Source: Eremomyces bilateralis CBS 781.70 (lineage: Eukaryota). From it: a DNA stretch of 64,000 nucleotides. A program made the translations under genes and the position numbers. Under the pieces are notes generated by a model. That model saw only the letters and a program-made list of their open reading frames with translations. It had not been told where the DNA came from and did no database searches. Positions 50,870-64,000 of the stretch are shown one piece after another; positions within the stretch are counted from its first letter, which is position 1; each line of letters begins with the position of its first letter. The stretch is taken from NCBI GenBank assembly GCA_010015585.1, contig ML975155.1. The stretch is one strand, 5' to 3'.

Positions 50870-52120
50870 TCATTCCTGTTGCAAGAACTCGACCACGGCT
50901 AGGTAGACATGGTTAGCACACCAATCAAGTCATCAAATGGATTCGACTCACCCGTCTTGAATGCCTCTGGGTTCTCACTAATCACCCAATGCCCACCCTC
51001 CACATCCACCACCTGAAATAGCGGGAAAAACCGCCCGATGACCGGCAACGTCTCGTCGGCCATGTAATGACTTTTCGTGCCCCTCACGAACAACGCCGGC
51101 TTTGCAAACCGCACTTGTTCGGGGTCTTTGAACGGGAAATCGGCCATCTTATCCAACGCGTCCGCGAGATATTTGACCGGGATCCGGAACTTCAGGTATT
51201 CGGAGCCCTGGGGTCGGGTCAAGTTGGTCAGCAGAAACTGCCGGATGGGAAGCTCCTACACGACGTATCTTAGCTCGGACGTTTTATACATATATTAGCC
51301 ATGACGACAGTCTAGTTACGAGAGATCTGCCCGGAAACCACGGTTACCTAGGGAGACACATGACAAACTCACCGGTGCATACGACTTGAGGATCTCATCC
51401 GCATCGCTTTGTCTCTTTGCTCCCTTTTCTTCGATCTGCCGCATTCCGCGGATGTAACCACCGAAATCACTCTTCAATGCCGCATCCACTGGAGCGTTGT
51501 CAACAGCGATGAGATTCGCTACTTTGGGCGGGGAGCGAAGGGCCACGGTCATGGCGACTTTAGCACCCCTATATCATCCTTATGAGAAGCGTCCTAGAGC
51601 CGTCAAAGTTGAACAAGAACTGACATGGAGTGCCCAATTAGGGTTGGTTCGGTGAGCTTGTGATACTCGAGGAACGTCTCGACATCGTTTGCAAGATGGA
51701 GGTAGTCATGCGTCGGATCATGAGGAGAGTCACCATGATTCCTGAGATCCTATTCCGGCATGAGCTCTGGACTCGTTGGCTGTAAACGGCTTGGTTCATT
51801 GTACGTACGACCGCGTAGACTGGCCTCCGCAGATCCCGCGCAAGGGCTCTACATCCTGCTTAGTCCTTTCCAGAGATACATGATGGTGTTATATCATACT
51901 TGCTCATGCTCCGATTGTTTTGCTTCGACCCGAACAGACCGTGTAGGAATACAATTGGGGCGCCCAATTGCTCGCCATCTTGCTTCGGGCTGGGCTCATG
52001 CAGGTCATAGGAAAGGGCCAGTCGACGGACCACCCGAGACGAAGTGAACGCCCGCCTCGAGATCAGGCGTGTAGCGGGATGGTGGAATATACCCGGCGGT
52101 GTCCTCTGTATCAGCAGCAT
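50870..52120 (-). CDS. Mitochondrial alpha/beta hydrolase (ABHD11-like), multi-exon
   Basis: Presequence, LHGLFGSKQN, DLRNHGDSPH, nucleophile elbow GHSMG, RQFLLTNL, GHWVISENP. Confidence 0.93.
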
Positions 52121-52785
52121 CTCGCCTCGCCAACTCACTCCTAATGACCACGAAGAATATTAAAGGAATATAATAGTAACGCTGTTGATGAAACCGCTGG
52201 CTCTTATGACTTATGACGCAAGGTCTTCAAACATGGAGACACCAGTGTGGGACAGCCCGAACAGGGGAGTGGAGAGCCTATTAGTGGCGCCAGTGGGATC
52301 CTAATTTGTGACTATTATGGACGAGCGATCCGGCCATGCCATCAGACCACAGCAATTGGCTTCGTTACTTTTGCATAAATCCGTGTTCCTCGGACATTCC
52401 TTACAGAACAGAAAGTGACTGGGAAAGGGTTGGGGGTTGGACCGTTTGTAAGGGGCCATCCGGATAGCTGTACTTGGGAAGGTAATTTACGTGTATCCTG
52501 CGTGACCTTTTCCCTTCATTCCTATAGTATGGATAAGGTAACATCATCACTCCAATCTCCCCGACCTCGTACACTCCCTCCTCCTCTGCTTCATTCCCAG
52601 CCATCAGAACTGATGTGTATGCATTCATTCCAACCATAAGAATGGTTTAAGGCCCACTGTCATACTGCTGCCCGAAACCTTCCACCAATCCTGTAAATCT
52701 ACCATACCCCGACGATTAAAGACAGCTGTCTCCGTCAGGCCTGTTTCATAGACATCTGCTTCCGTGCCCTCATCCATACCTGGAG

Positions 52786-54681
52786 ATGTCGGGTTCGTTC
52801 GACTGGCCACCTGCTTCATCGTCCTCCCGCAACCGAGACGGCGATCGACAACCCTCCGCCTTGCAAGACGACGAGGAGCCCACCGCACGATCTCGCTATC
52901 CGGGCTTCACACTCCTTACCCCCACCACCGCCCCCAGTATCCCACCTTCTTCCGACTCCGCTCCGAGCTTCGCATTCGGCGTCCCTTCCACTTCTACGGC
53001 AACTATGCCCCATTCTTCCGACAACGCTCCGCCGCCGCGGCGACGCCGTGTGTTCTCCAGATCCTCCTCCCGCCAGGACGACGACGCCTCGTCCGAGAAC
53101 CCGGACATCGCCCCACCAGCGTCGTCGACACGGGCACCTAACCACAGCAGTCGACGGCCCCTGCTCTCGGCGATGGCCAGACAGAGACGCCTTGCACAGA
53201 GGGACGAAGCCGCCGACAACCCCGCTCTCGCGGCGCTCCACGATGCGAGTGACTACGTCTCGCGGATCAGCGATATCCTCGATCGAGCGTCGTCGTCCAA
53301 TTTAAGGCGGCTCCCCCTCCCGGACTTCAGCTGGATTGCGGAGCAGGACGCAAGCCGAGAGCGAAGCCGACCTCGTGGAAAGCGTCGGAAGTTGGACCAT
53401 GACCATAGCGTTGCGGACCCGGATTACAAGGGGTTCCGCTACGGATATCACGGCCAAGTCGTCCCGGGGAAGCTGAACATGGAGGTTCTGAGCTGTACCG
53501 AGGACGGGAATGACGATACGTATATTATGAACCGACGGGCGCAGTTCTTGAAGGATGATAAGAGCGTCTGCTCGATCAAGAGCTCGTCGTGCGACCTCCT
53601 TCTTCGGCATGAGGGAGAGGTCCCATTCACTCTTCAGAAGGTCGTCATCAAGGCACCGGAACGAGGCTACCCATTCCCGTATGTTCCGATCAGCTAACTT
53701 GCCTTCTTATCCGAGTACTAATAGTGCTCTCTCAGCATACAAGAGGGCTTGATCTTCATCGGCATGGATTCTACCTCGCTTCTCAGCAGCTCCTCGATGT
53801 ACCAGATTGAATACGTCAATATCCAGAGACAACCCAAATCCACACCGCCATTGAGCACCGCCCAAAACCGAAACGGCGTCTCCCAGCCCCAAAACCGCCC
53901 ATCGTACTATCAGGGCCCAGACGAGTGGGATGTGTGGGAGAACGGGCATCTGGCTTGGGAGCGCCGACTGCAACCTCACGTCCACGAGATCGACAGCGAT
54001 CCAAGCAGCCTGAACGATCTCATTCTCAGCACCCTTGAGCCCAATTGGTCCCTCCACCGACCCACTGGACCATATCACCTCCAAGACCTCATGAACCGCC
54101 CCTCCACCTACACCAATCCCTCCGACCCAGCAGATCCCCCGCCTCAGAGCAACCCCTACCCCTTCCACGTCACCACCGATGATGATGTCTCCGACTGGGA
54201 CACCGAAGAAGACTGGAGCCGCGCCCTCCGCTTCGCCGAGCGCGCGCGTCGCCAAGCGGCCGCCCGCCCAGACACGGGGCCCGTCGAGCCCAACTCCAGC
54301 GAAGACGAAGAAGCGTGGGAGGCGCTGAACACGATGTGGAGCAACCGAGCAACCGACCCGGACACAACGGACACAGCGTCCTACATGCGCAACCGGTTCC
54401 TCGGACAGCTGCAGCATCGGGTGCTCCCCAGCGTGATCAAGCCGGTGCTGCCGGACGGGACGACGTCGACGGCGGGGACGGCGGTGCGGGCGCCGCACGC
54501 GAAGTTCTTCATCGGGCGGCAGGACGGGAATATCGCGGTGAAGTTCGATCCGCCGGTGTCGGGGAAGTTCGTGCTGTTGAAGCTGTGGAGCCCGAGTCCG
54601 GGGGGGAATATCGATGTGCAGTCGATCCAGGTGCATGGATTTGTGGGGCCGAGGTACTTTCCGGCGTGCGAGGTCCGGTAG
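52786..54681 (+). CDS. Uncharacterised protein, possibly a split beta-sandwich domain; intron 53679-53735
   Basis: Two ORFs join in frame across a GT..ACTAAT..CAG intron. Ordered-looking blocks YGYHGQVVPGKLNMEV..FTLQKVVIKAP..IQEGLIF and AKFFI..VKFDPPVSGKFVLLKLW..NIDVQSIQVHGF flank a low-complexity insert. Confidence 0.85.
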
Positions 54682-55176
54682 GGGAAGTCAGGTTATGATG
54701 GGCGGTTTCGTGGGAGGTGGTTCGATAGGCTCGTATATGGTTTATCTAGACGGTATTAGAATCAATTCACGGCAGGGCAATTCATTGGGCGGTTCCAATC
54801 ATCGGTGGATGATATGTGTGTCACCGGCTGTTTTCGTGATCTATCACCAATGTCGTGTAGAAAATCAATAGGCTTACATATATCGATTGCCAAGTTAGAA
54901 TAAACCCTTATCAGGATGTATCATAGCCGAAGGTGTGCCATAATAGCAGTTGTTGGCTACACAAGGGGGCAAAGCTGGTCCCAGGTAGCAAGGACTCCGG
55001 AATATATCACTAAGATGAAGGGGACGATGCATTCCTTTGGCCCAAGACCTTGAAATAATGACAAAGAAACCAATCCGTTTTGCTATATCTACACAAAACT
55101 AAGGTAAATAGGCATACCCACCAAGGCGGTCGAGATTCACTGTCAAAAATGGTCTATCCCTAACATCTTCTTCCAA

Positions 55177-56815
55177 TTACAACCGCGATCCACCCTTCCC
55201 GGACTCCCGGTTCAACTGCAGCGGATCCACCTTCCCCAACCCATGGCTCTTCAACACCCGCTCGACGTTCGCGTCTTGCGTCTTGTAGTACTTCAATACC
55301 TGCTGCCCTCGCTTATTCTCCGCCTTTCCAAGCTGCTGCAAATGCACCTCATCCGGTCCATCCACGATGCGCATTGTCCGCCCGTTGGCGTACATGTTGG
55401 CGAGCGGGGTATCCTGGCACACGCCGGCGGCGCCGTAGGCCTGGATGGCCATGTCGATGGTCTCGAGGAGGGTCTTGGGGACGAGGACCTTGGCTTCGGC
55501 GATCTCCTTCAGCGCGCCCTTGGCGTTCGAGAGGTCGATCTTGATGGCGGCGTTGAGGACGATGAGGCGTGCGGCATCGATGTCGATGCGTGCGCGCGCG
55601 AGGCGGTCAAGCATGACGCCGTGCTCGTTGAGCATCTTGCCGAAGGCGACTTTGTTGGGGTCGTTGAGGCGGGCGACGAAGAGGTCGAGGGCCTTCTCAG
55701 CCTGTGGATAAGAAGCTCGGTTAGCTGACGTCGATCTAATATGCGGTGTACTCTGCGGGGGAACTTACGGCACCAACGCTGCGCATGGCGTGGTGGATAC
55801 GGCCGGGGCCGAGACGACCCTGGATGATTTCGAAGCCGCGGCCGGCGCCGAGGACCATGTTGCCGATGGGGACGCGGACGTTCTTGAAGGTGATGTGGCC
55901 GTGGCCGTGGGGCGCATCGTCGTAGCCGAAGACGGACAGCATGCGGTGGATGGTGATGCCGGGGGCATCATGGGGGACAAGGACGACGGATTGCTGCTTG
56001 TACTTGTCCGCGTTGTTGGGGTCGCTCTTGGCCATGACGAGGTAGATGGTGCAGCGAGGGTCGCCGGCGCCGGAGCTCCACCATTTCTGATATGGGTCAG
56101 TATGGGGTGGTGGAAGGTGATGGAGATAGGCTTACCTGGCCGTTGAGCACCCACTCGTTGCCCTCTTGGTGAACCGCAAGCTCAATGTTGGTGGCGTCGC
56201 TGGATGCCACGTTGGGCTCGGTCATCAAGAAAGCAGATCGGATCTTGCCCTCGAGGAGCGGCTCGAGCCACTGCTTCTTCTGAGCAGCATTGCCGTACTT
56301 GGCAAGCACCTCCATGTTGCCGGTATCCGGGGCGGCGCAGTTGGTAGCCTATCGCCATCTCATCAGCATTTCCGACCTTGATAATCCCCTGCATAAATCT
56401 TTGGCAACGTACCTCGCTAGCAATACGGCTCTTGCCCAAGATCTCGGCCATGAGGCCGTACTCAACGTTGCTGAAGCCAGCACCCTCCTTGAAGTGGTTC
56501 CTGGGCAAGAACATGTTCCAGAGACCGTATTCCCTGGCCCTCTGCTTCAACTCCTCCATGATCGGTGGGTGGGAGTTGAATCGCTCCTCGACCGTCTTGC
56601 CGATCTGTTGTTGGTAGACGGCATCGGCGGGGATGCACTCCTCCTCGACGAACTTCTCGACCTGCGGGAGTGGTTAATTGCCGGTGCACCAAGGACTGGG
56701 ACCGAAGACTTACGAGGTCCAACGCCTTCCGTGCGCGTTCGCTGACATATGGAAGGGCAATTGGGGGGATACGTTCCGACGCGCGCTGGGCGTGGGTGCG
56801 GAGTTCGGTGGTCAT
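55177..56815 (-). CDS. Acyl-CoA dehydrogenase (ACAD10/11-like), likely peroxisomal, four introns
   Basis: [55 protein letters not shown]-terminal SRL. Confidence 0.95.
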
Positions 56816-57620
56816 GGTGGCGGTGGAACGGGGGATCAAGGATAGAAACGGGATAGAAGTACGACGATGGTACTTTAGATCACGATTTAGATGTTCGAGG
56901 GATGAAAAGGAAGACAGATATTTCGAAATGGATACTTTTATTTCATCTTATGGGGCTTTTCTAGTAGCCAGGGTGCCCCCTTTGGTAGGAACATGGCCGA
57001 AGTGTTTATTGTTCTGGACGGCACCTCGGTTCTGAGCTCTGAGGCTTGGGGAAGTTGGGACGATTGCCGCCGTAGTACGGTTAGTGGAGGGGACCCCCCG
57101 CATCGATCGCCTGTAGCCTCCTCTGCTCTCTACTGTTCTCCATCTCGGTGCTCCATATCCTTCTGCTGACTACTCCTCCTCCAAGGCTCCAACCCCTCCC
57201 GGCCCCCAGGCTCCCTCAGACCGACTCCCAGACCCGCCGAGGCTCTCCGACTCCCCCCTCCACCTCCCGTCTCAGGTCTCAATTCCACCGCCTAAAATCA
57301 CGACATTCTCACACCATGACGAAGCGGTGCAGATTGCACCCTTGGAAAAATGGCAATTCTCGGGCGACGTCCTCAGGTGGTGGGACCACCCCATCTCGCG
57401 ATACCATGCGTTACCGCTTACCACCTTGTCAACGTGTACGAACCGTGAGAATTGAGAGGCAAATCCTTTAAGGCTGAGAAACGGTTTAAACCATGCCGAA
57501 CTACCGAGAGGGTGTGGCCTTATACCCGCGATCACGGAAGCAGGGTTGGAAACAGCAATTCGCCCGTACATGCAGTTTCATAGACATTATCGAAGCTTGA
57601 CGCCATTGGCTACATTCCGC

Positions 57621-59657
57621 TCAATCGTCGTCGGCTTTCTTCTTCGCCTTGCGTTTGTTGGCCTTGAAGTGCTTCTTCGTGTCCAATCTCAAATCCGCCG
57701 GATCTATATCCTTTTCGAGCGCCAACATCGCCTTCTGCTTCCGCCCGCTGAGGCCCTTGGCGGAGTTCTGTCCCTGTTCGGTGTACTGGTAATTGAACGG
57801 CATGGTCAGATGACCGGCACCACTCTGTCCTCGAGCGGTGGTGGCACCCTGGCCTCGAGCGAAGAATTTTTTATCCATTCGCTTCGTTTTGGGCCCTTGG
57901 ACCATCCCGATAGGAACCATGTCCAGATCGTCCAGTGATTCCAGTGCTAGTGATTCCGTCTCGGTGCCCTCTTCGGAGACGACAGGAGCTTCGGATGCAC
58001 GAGTGAAGCTCGCATCGTACAGCTCTCGATTGAAATCGGTGCCGTTGAGCGGAGGGTCCGCGGGAGGTGGATGGCAGAAGAGCAGCTTGCCTTTGACGTA
58101 GTCTTTCAACAATTGCCTCGCCGCTCTCGATTCATCCGGCTGTCCTAGGCCTGTGGTGAAGAAGCCTCGAGCGCGAGCATAAGCGGACAATACCTCGCTT
58201 GCAGTCGGCGTGCCAGTTCCACCTTCTTCGAGCGGACGAGTGGGGATCTTGATCCCGTAAGTAGACTCCACGTATTCCTTGGGGATTCTGTCCGCGATCA
58301 GACCAGCCGGTCCGACGAACTCTCTGAGCTGATCGATTGGCAATACACCGTTGCACACCAACTCGGCCTTGGTGGTTGCGAAGTTGGGGAACACAAGACC
58401 GGGACAATCGACCAAGATGACCGAGGGACTCAGATGGATCGTCTGGAAATGCTTCGTTTTGCCAGGCGTGGATGAAACCGACACCTTCTTGGCGCCGATG
58501 AGGGCGTTGATGGTCGACGATTTACCGACGTTGGGGTACCCGACGAGTCCAACTGATATCCTTTTGGTTTGTCCTTCTCGGTCGTTCTCCGGCTCGGGCG
58601 CATTCTCGAGGAACAGGTCTTCGAGATCGTCGGTGGTAATAATCCTCGTAGAATCATCTTCCGTGTCGTCACCATCGAGAGGGGCCTCGTTAGATCCATC
58701 CGTAGAATCAATATCCAGCTTCTCTGTTTCGGCAGAGATATCTTCTTCTTCTTCATCTTCCTCCTCTGAAGACTCGTCCTCCGAATCCTCCTCGTCCTTC
58801 TGTGCCTCGTTCCGTTCTTTTGACAATTCTGCTGAGAAGAAGCGGAAACTAATGCCAGCTTTCTTGAAATGCTCGGCCCAGATCTTCCGTTGATAGGACG
58901 TCATCATATCGGCTTTGTTGACCAGCAGCAGGTTGTTCTTGCCCGGATCCACCTCCTTGACGTACTTCTCCAGATCTTCGCATCGGAAAAGGAGAGGGTT
59001 TCGAGCGTCAACAATCTGCACGATCAAATCCGACCGCTCGATGACTCGCCATAATTGCCGCCATACCTCCAGGTTGCGTTCGAACGGCGTCATCAGCAAA
59101 TCGTCGGACTCTTGTAGACTTGCCAAACCTCTTCGCCATATCATGAAAGACTCTTGCTCGCGCGTGTCTAATTCTCGCGGTGTGGTTTTCTCGTCCCAGG
59201 CCGGTCGTCGCGGAACCGTCAGACGGGCTCGATTCGCATTCTGCTTCCGCACGGCCGCCCTCTCCTCCGTGGCGGTCAGCAAATACGGATTTCTCGAGTC
59301 GCGGTGGATGATCTTGACGCTGTTCAACTTCTGCGCAGTGAAGTCGGTACCTTCCAGTTCCGCGGTGCTGAGAAACTCGTCGAGGTCGCCCTGTTCCGTC
59401 ACACTGCGCATCTTGACCCATGACGCTTCCTTCTTGCTGTTCGTCACATACTACCCGGACAGATTAGTCTGCTACTCATTTCTCGTACACTTCAAGTGAG
59501 TTACCGTCTCTCCATCCTGTCCTTTCCGCTGGATGCCCTGCTGAGCGCCCGGTTGAAAATTGCCCCTCCGCATGTCTGACCCTTTGCCCTTCCCAAAGCG
59601 GTCATTCATCAGGGTGTTGCCGAGTCCGACGGCATTTTTGGACTTTGGGAGCCCCAT
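57621..59657 (-). CDS. LSG1: 60S ribosome export GTPase Lsg1 (one intron)
   Basis: TPFERNLEVWRQLWRVIERSD; circularly permuted NKAD ... GYPNVGKS ... TPGKTKHFQT ... DCPG. Confidence 0.97.
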
Positions 59658-61068
59658 CGTGATCGGTTGTAGCCACAGCAACTGTTCGTTTCTGGTTCGT
59701 TTCTTGTAGATATGAAGGAGGTTGGGTGCCAACTCGGCGTGGTATTTGGGAGTGTCGAGGAGGAGGGCGGAAATTCTCCAGTCTCGATAGTCGATATTTT
59801 GTCAGCGGGGCAAATCTCGCCCCTGCAAGAGTCACGAAACGGAGGACCAGGTTGGGATCTCTCAAATAGTAATTTTCAGTCCTGTCTCCCCGAACTAATT
59901 ACATAGAATGAGTCAACACTTATTTCTTGGTATGATGAACATTGTCCAGCTTTTCCAATGCATTCTTACCTACAGTGAGCGGAATGACAGCAGCCAAGGG
60001 CTTCCGCTCCGCTCCGCCCCACCGTCCAATCGCAAGGTGGGAACGGGACTGCGATTACAATATCCTGCTGTATAATTCATGGACAGTCCAAGATTCCGGC
60101 ATTTAGGCGAAAGGAACCAAATAGCTTGGTAGCAGACTGTTTCTTTCAAAGAGTGACGCTCCAAATATACCTATCCGGCGTGCAAACTACCTGAGGACGC
60201 CCCCACGATGTGTAGTCCTCTTATTGTCATGGCATTTCCTTATGGATGGTCAACATGGACTGACAAGAATGGACAGTTTGAGCCAGCGGGACACCAGCCA
60301 ATAGATTGCTGTCGATTGCTGGTGAATTAGTGGCGCAGCTCACACCGCAGTCTAGTGAGTCTGCACTCTGGACTCTGCACAGCAACGAGTACAGTGAACG
60401 AACCAACTGAGGTGAACCGAATTCACCTTGTCATTTGTCCAAGTGGCCAGCTCCAATCCGCTCCACAATCCACGCTGCCTGTGTTGGCTTCATTCACTTT
60501 CATCCACCGCAACCTCTCGCCTCTCTTCTCTTCGTGAATCTCCCTTTCTGTCTTGCGAGTTGCAACCGTCTTTAACAGGCATCTGCAAGACTGCAACCAC
60601 CTGTTGACTCGGCTCCAACAGCCTCAAGTTCCCTCCACTTAAAACTTGCCCTTTTTGACGGTGCTCCTGTTTCCTCCGTACCCACTGCACAGAGCCTCGA
60701 TTCAATTCGCGCCACCTAACCGAGTAACTTGAACACCATCAGACCGATCCATCATACCGGTCCATACTCCCCGCTCGGCGGACAACAGACCATCGCCTAC
60801 GAACACTTTGCCGGCCAAAGCGACTTGACGCCGATAAATCCCGCTCGATTCCTACTCGAGTGCGCCTACTTGATTTGGTTCAGGTGTGGTCAGACCATAG
60901 AGCCAGAGGCTCCCTCCCGCTTTTGAAAGACTTTATCATTCCCGTCGATGGTCAGATCATATCCAAAGCTATATTCTCGATCCACCGGTCCCGGTACACC
61001 ATTACACGATACTCCAGCACTTCGAACTCTCTTGAAGCCTCGAATATAAACCCCCCTCAAGTGACGCA

Positions 61069-62939
61069 ATGACCCGATCAACTACGCGGCGAAAGTCCCC
61101 TCAACCATCGAAAGACGGGAAAACGCCGGATCAGCCATCCCCATCTCGCGAAGGTGCGTCCACGCCGGAGAATGCGAGCGATGCGGACAGCAGTGGGGAG
61201 AAGCCGGTCCGGAAACAGCTGAAGGAGACATCGATAGAAGGACAACCCAACATCACAGGAGAAAACAGTGACCATGATATTCCCGACGCACCCGAGGACT
61301 CAACCAAAGCCGCCACCGCTGGAGAAGGAAGCACTTCGCGAGGGCGACTCCAGCGGAAGCGAAGCATCGAAGAAGTGGATGGGAAAGATGCGGATCAGAC
61401 GAAGCCCGAGAAACATGTGAGGAAGCGTTCTCGCGATAACGAAAAGGATGAAGGCGAGCATGCCACCAGCAACGCAAAAACAGGTGAAGCAACGAATGGT
61501 CGACCGTTGACACCAAGTGCTATGGATCTGCCGTCCTCTGAGGACGATGCGACCAATCCTCTGGCGAGTCCCAAAAACAAGCGTAATCGGGATGAATACC
61601 TCAAAGGCCAAGCCCAGAAAGGGGAGACCGATGCAGGGAAGGCCTCGTCCCTGAAGCCGGGCAGTGAGAAGCGAGCCGACGCATCCACCCCCGAAGGGCG
61701 GCAGGCGAAAAGACAGCGCGATCGCGATGATTCGGCGACCATCGCGAAGGCCAATACGGAAACAAAGGCCATTGCTGATGAGAAAGAAACCCAGCAACCG
61801 AAACAAAGTCCTGAGAAGAAGGTATTGTCTCGATCACTTTTTTCTGTTAAAACCCATTATTACTAACACCTTCCAGCTCCCAGCTTCAGGTGGTTTCGCC
61901 AACTACGCCGCCGCATCTCCCTTCGCAACTCTGTCCCCCGAGAAGAAGCCCGCACCCAAAACATCATCCAGCGCATTCGCTTCCTCTGGCTTCGGTAAAC
62001 TCGCAAGCTCTGAGAGTTCCCCCTTTGGCGCGCTGGGCGGCAACACATCCAAGTCCCCCAGCCCCTTCGGTAGCATGATCCCACCGTCCTCCAACACCGC
62101 TACGACCACCAGTTTCGCAACGAGCCAAGGGGACAAGTCGCCGTTCGGCGCGCTCGGTGGAGCGGGGTCCTCCAAGCTTGGAGGTTTTGGGAACAGCGGG
62201 TTCAGCAGTGGATTCGCGTCGTTGTCCAAAGGTCCGGGGTTAAGTAGTTTTGCTGGGAGCAGCAGCACGGGAGGAATTGTCGGGTTGAGCGCCAAGCCTG
62301 CGAAGCCGTTCGGTACGGCTGTGGACGAGGATGAAGACGATGAGGATGAAGGCAGCGGGGAGGACGAGAAGGAGGAAGCCGCTCCCCCAAAGGATACGGA
62401 TGAAGGGAAGAAAGATAAGCGGTTCTTTGAGCGCACGGGTGAGTCCTGATGTGGCATTCAATGGACGTCTTCCGCTAATGCAGTAGCAGTGGAAACTGGG
62501 GAGGAGACTGAGACTACAGAATTCACGAGCAGGGCCAAGTTGTTCGCTTTCCACAAAGACGCAAATGGCGGAGGGGCTTGGAAAGAACGGGGAACGGGAA
62601 ACCTCAAGCTCAATACTGCCGAGGGGGATGGCAAATCCGAGGGCAGAAAGGCACGCCTGCTTCTAAGGGTCGACGGAACCCATAACTTGGTGCTTAATAC
62701 CCCGATCATCAAGGAGCTCAAGTTCCACGGCGTCAACAGCGACAAACCGAAGGACGGACGGGTCATTTTCTCAACCTTTGTGAAAGGCGAAAAGGGCGTT
62801 GAACCCGTGCTGATGCAATTACGGGTACGGAGACTTCGTCGCTTCCTTCTCGGCACCCATTGCTAACATATCGCAGCTCAAGCCGCAAAATGCGGAGGAT
62901 CTGTGGGAGCTGGTTCAGGACCTGAAGGCTCAGATGTAA
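61069..62939 (+). CDS. Ran-binding-domain protein (Yrb2/RanBP3-like) with FG-type repeats; three introns
   Basis: EKPVRKQLKETSI, basic NLS-like RKRS motifs, SPFGALGG repeats, ETGEE..RAKLF..WKERGTGNLKLN..ARLLLR..LVLNTPI. Confidence 0.9.
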
Positions 62940-63371
62940 GGGTGTACTCCCGGTATTCCGAATGCGAGGCACGAAACGTTAGTCAATCGAAGGAGCCGGG
63001 AGGGGCTTGGGACGTCACTTGATTATCAAATTCTCATACCGTGCGAAACGAGGATACGGCATGCCATGGGTGGATTCGTTGGGCTATTAGACGCGTTTGA
63101 GGCAAGCGCCAGGGAACGAGACCATCGTAGACTAGAGCACATGGAGGCACACTGCTGAAATTCACACATTGGATGAGGATATCGAATGAATTCATCTATG
63201 CCACTATCCCCCGAATGGTCATCTCCATCCGACCCGATGATGTAAAGGCTAATTTGACACACGGGACGCCGATTCTTTTTCCTATCCTCAGAGAGAATCT
63301 CAAAGAGAGAACCTCAGAGAGAAAGGGGCCATATTTGGACCATGCAGTGTAAAGCGTAAAAAACCCACCGC

Positions 63372-64000
63372 TCAAACGATCGAAAGCTTCGTAGCCGCGA
63401 TGTCGAGGGCGTCGACATCAGGCGTCAACCGGGCGTAGGCCTTCTTGGTGCCGTCCGGACTATTCGTCGTTAGTATACCACCCATTGAGAAATCGCCGTA
63501 GCATACACCTACCGGATGAGGGTGTTGATCTTCAAGCAATCAATGTTATACAGCTTCTTCAGCGCATCCTTGATTTGCCTCTTGTTCGCCTTGATATCCA
63601 CGATGAACACCAGGGTATTGTTCTCCTCGATCTTCTTCATCGCGCTCTCGGTGTTGAGCGGGTGCACGATGACCTTGCCCTGGTCGAGGCGCGGCTCATG
63701 GTGGACGCTCTTGCGCTGGTATTTGGGCGCGCGCGCGAGCACGAGGGTCTTGGGGCGGTGGAAAGTGGTGCTGGTGCGGACCTTGCGGACTTTGTGCGAG
63801 TTGACCTATATTGTGGAAAATACAAGCCGTCAGCGATGCTGTGCTGACACGCCTCTCTAAGAGTCCGATGGGGTTCATGGCGGGTGGGAGCTTACACCGC
63901 GCAGAGTTGCCTTCGCGGCCGCGTTGGCCTTGGTGGAGGACTTGGAAGCTATTGGGTCGGTTAGCGGTGACATTCGATAGAAGGGGGAAAATGCTCGTAG
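63372..64000 (-). CDS. RPL25: 60S ribosomal protein uL23 (L25); 5' end lies beyond the window
   Basis: [64 protein letters not shown]. Confidence 0.97.

Noticed and set aside
57100..57620. Possible structured ncRNA (SRP, RNase P/MRP, telomerase RNA) between the ACAD gene and LSG1
   Set aside because: No diagnostic conserved motif or telomeric template seen; better explained as LSG1 3'UTR plus ACAD promoter. An Infernal/Rfam scan would settle it.

Overview
Gene-dense, intron-containing DNA from a filamentous ascomycete (Pezizomycotina), judged from short GT-AG introns with CTRAC branch sites and high GC3. No rRNA, tRNA, CRISPR or intact mobile element was recognised. Bases 1-9149 hold the 3' part of a hybrid HR-PKS-NRPS (DH-pseudoMT-ER-KR-ACP-C-A-T-R). 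It has an apparently intact cis-acting ER, a divergent A domain and a degenerate terminal R domain. About 2.7 kb of decayed sequence follows (a TPR/NLR-like C-terminal relic and a stop-riddled ORF), then a histidyl-tRNA synthetase. The rest is mostly housekeeping genes: FLC-type membrane protein, PBN1, AFG1, AKR1, TIF35, PNS1, mannitol-1-P dehydrogenase, WAPL, UPRT, ELF1, URG1/URC1, RPS1, an ABHD11-like hydrolase, an acyl-CoA dehydrogenase, LSG1, a RanBD protein and RPL25. Reading intergenic DNA by eye gave three genes missing or incomplete in the ORF track: a damaged four-exon secreted Cys-rich beta/gamma-crystallin-like gene (21932-22469), a roughly 66-aa membrane microprotein (32376-32629) and a spliced low-complexity protein (about 48233-48911). 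All family assignments come from motif recognition; no database search was run.
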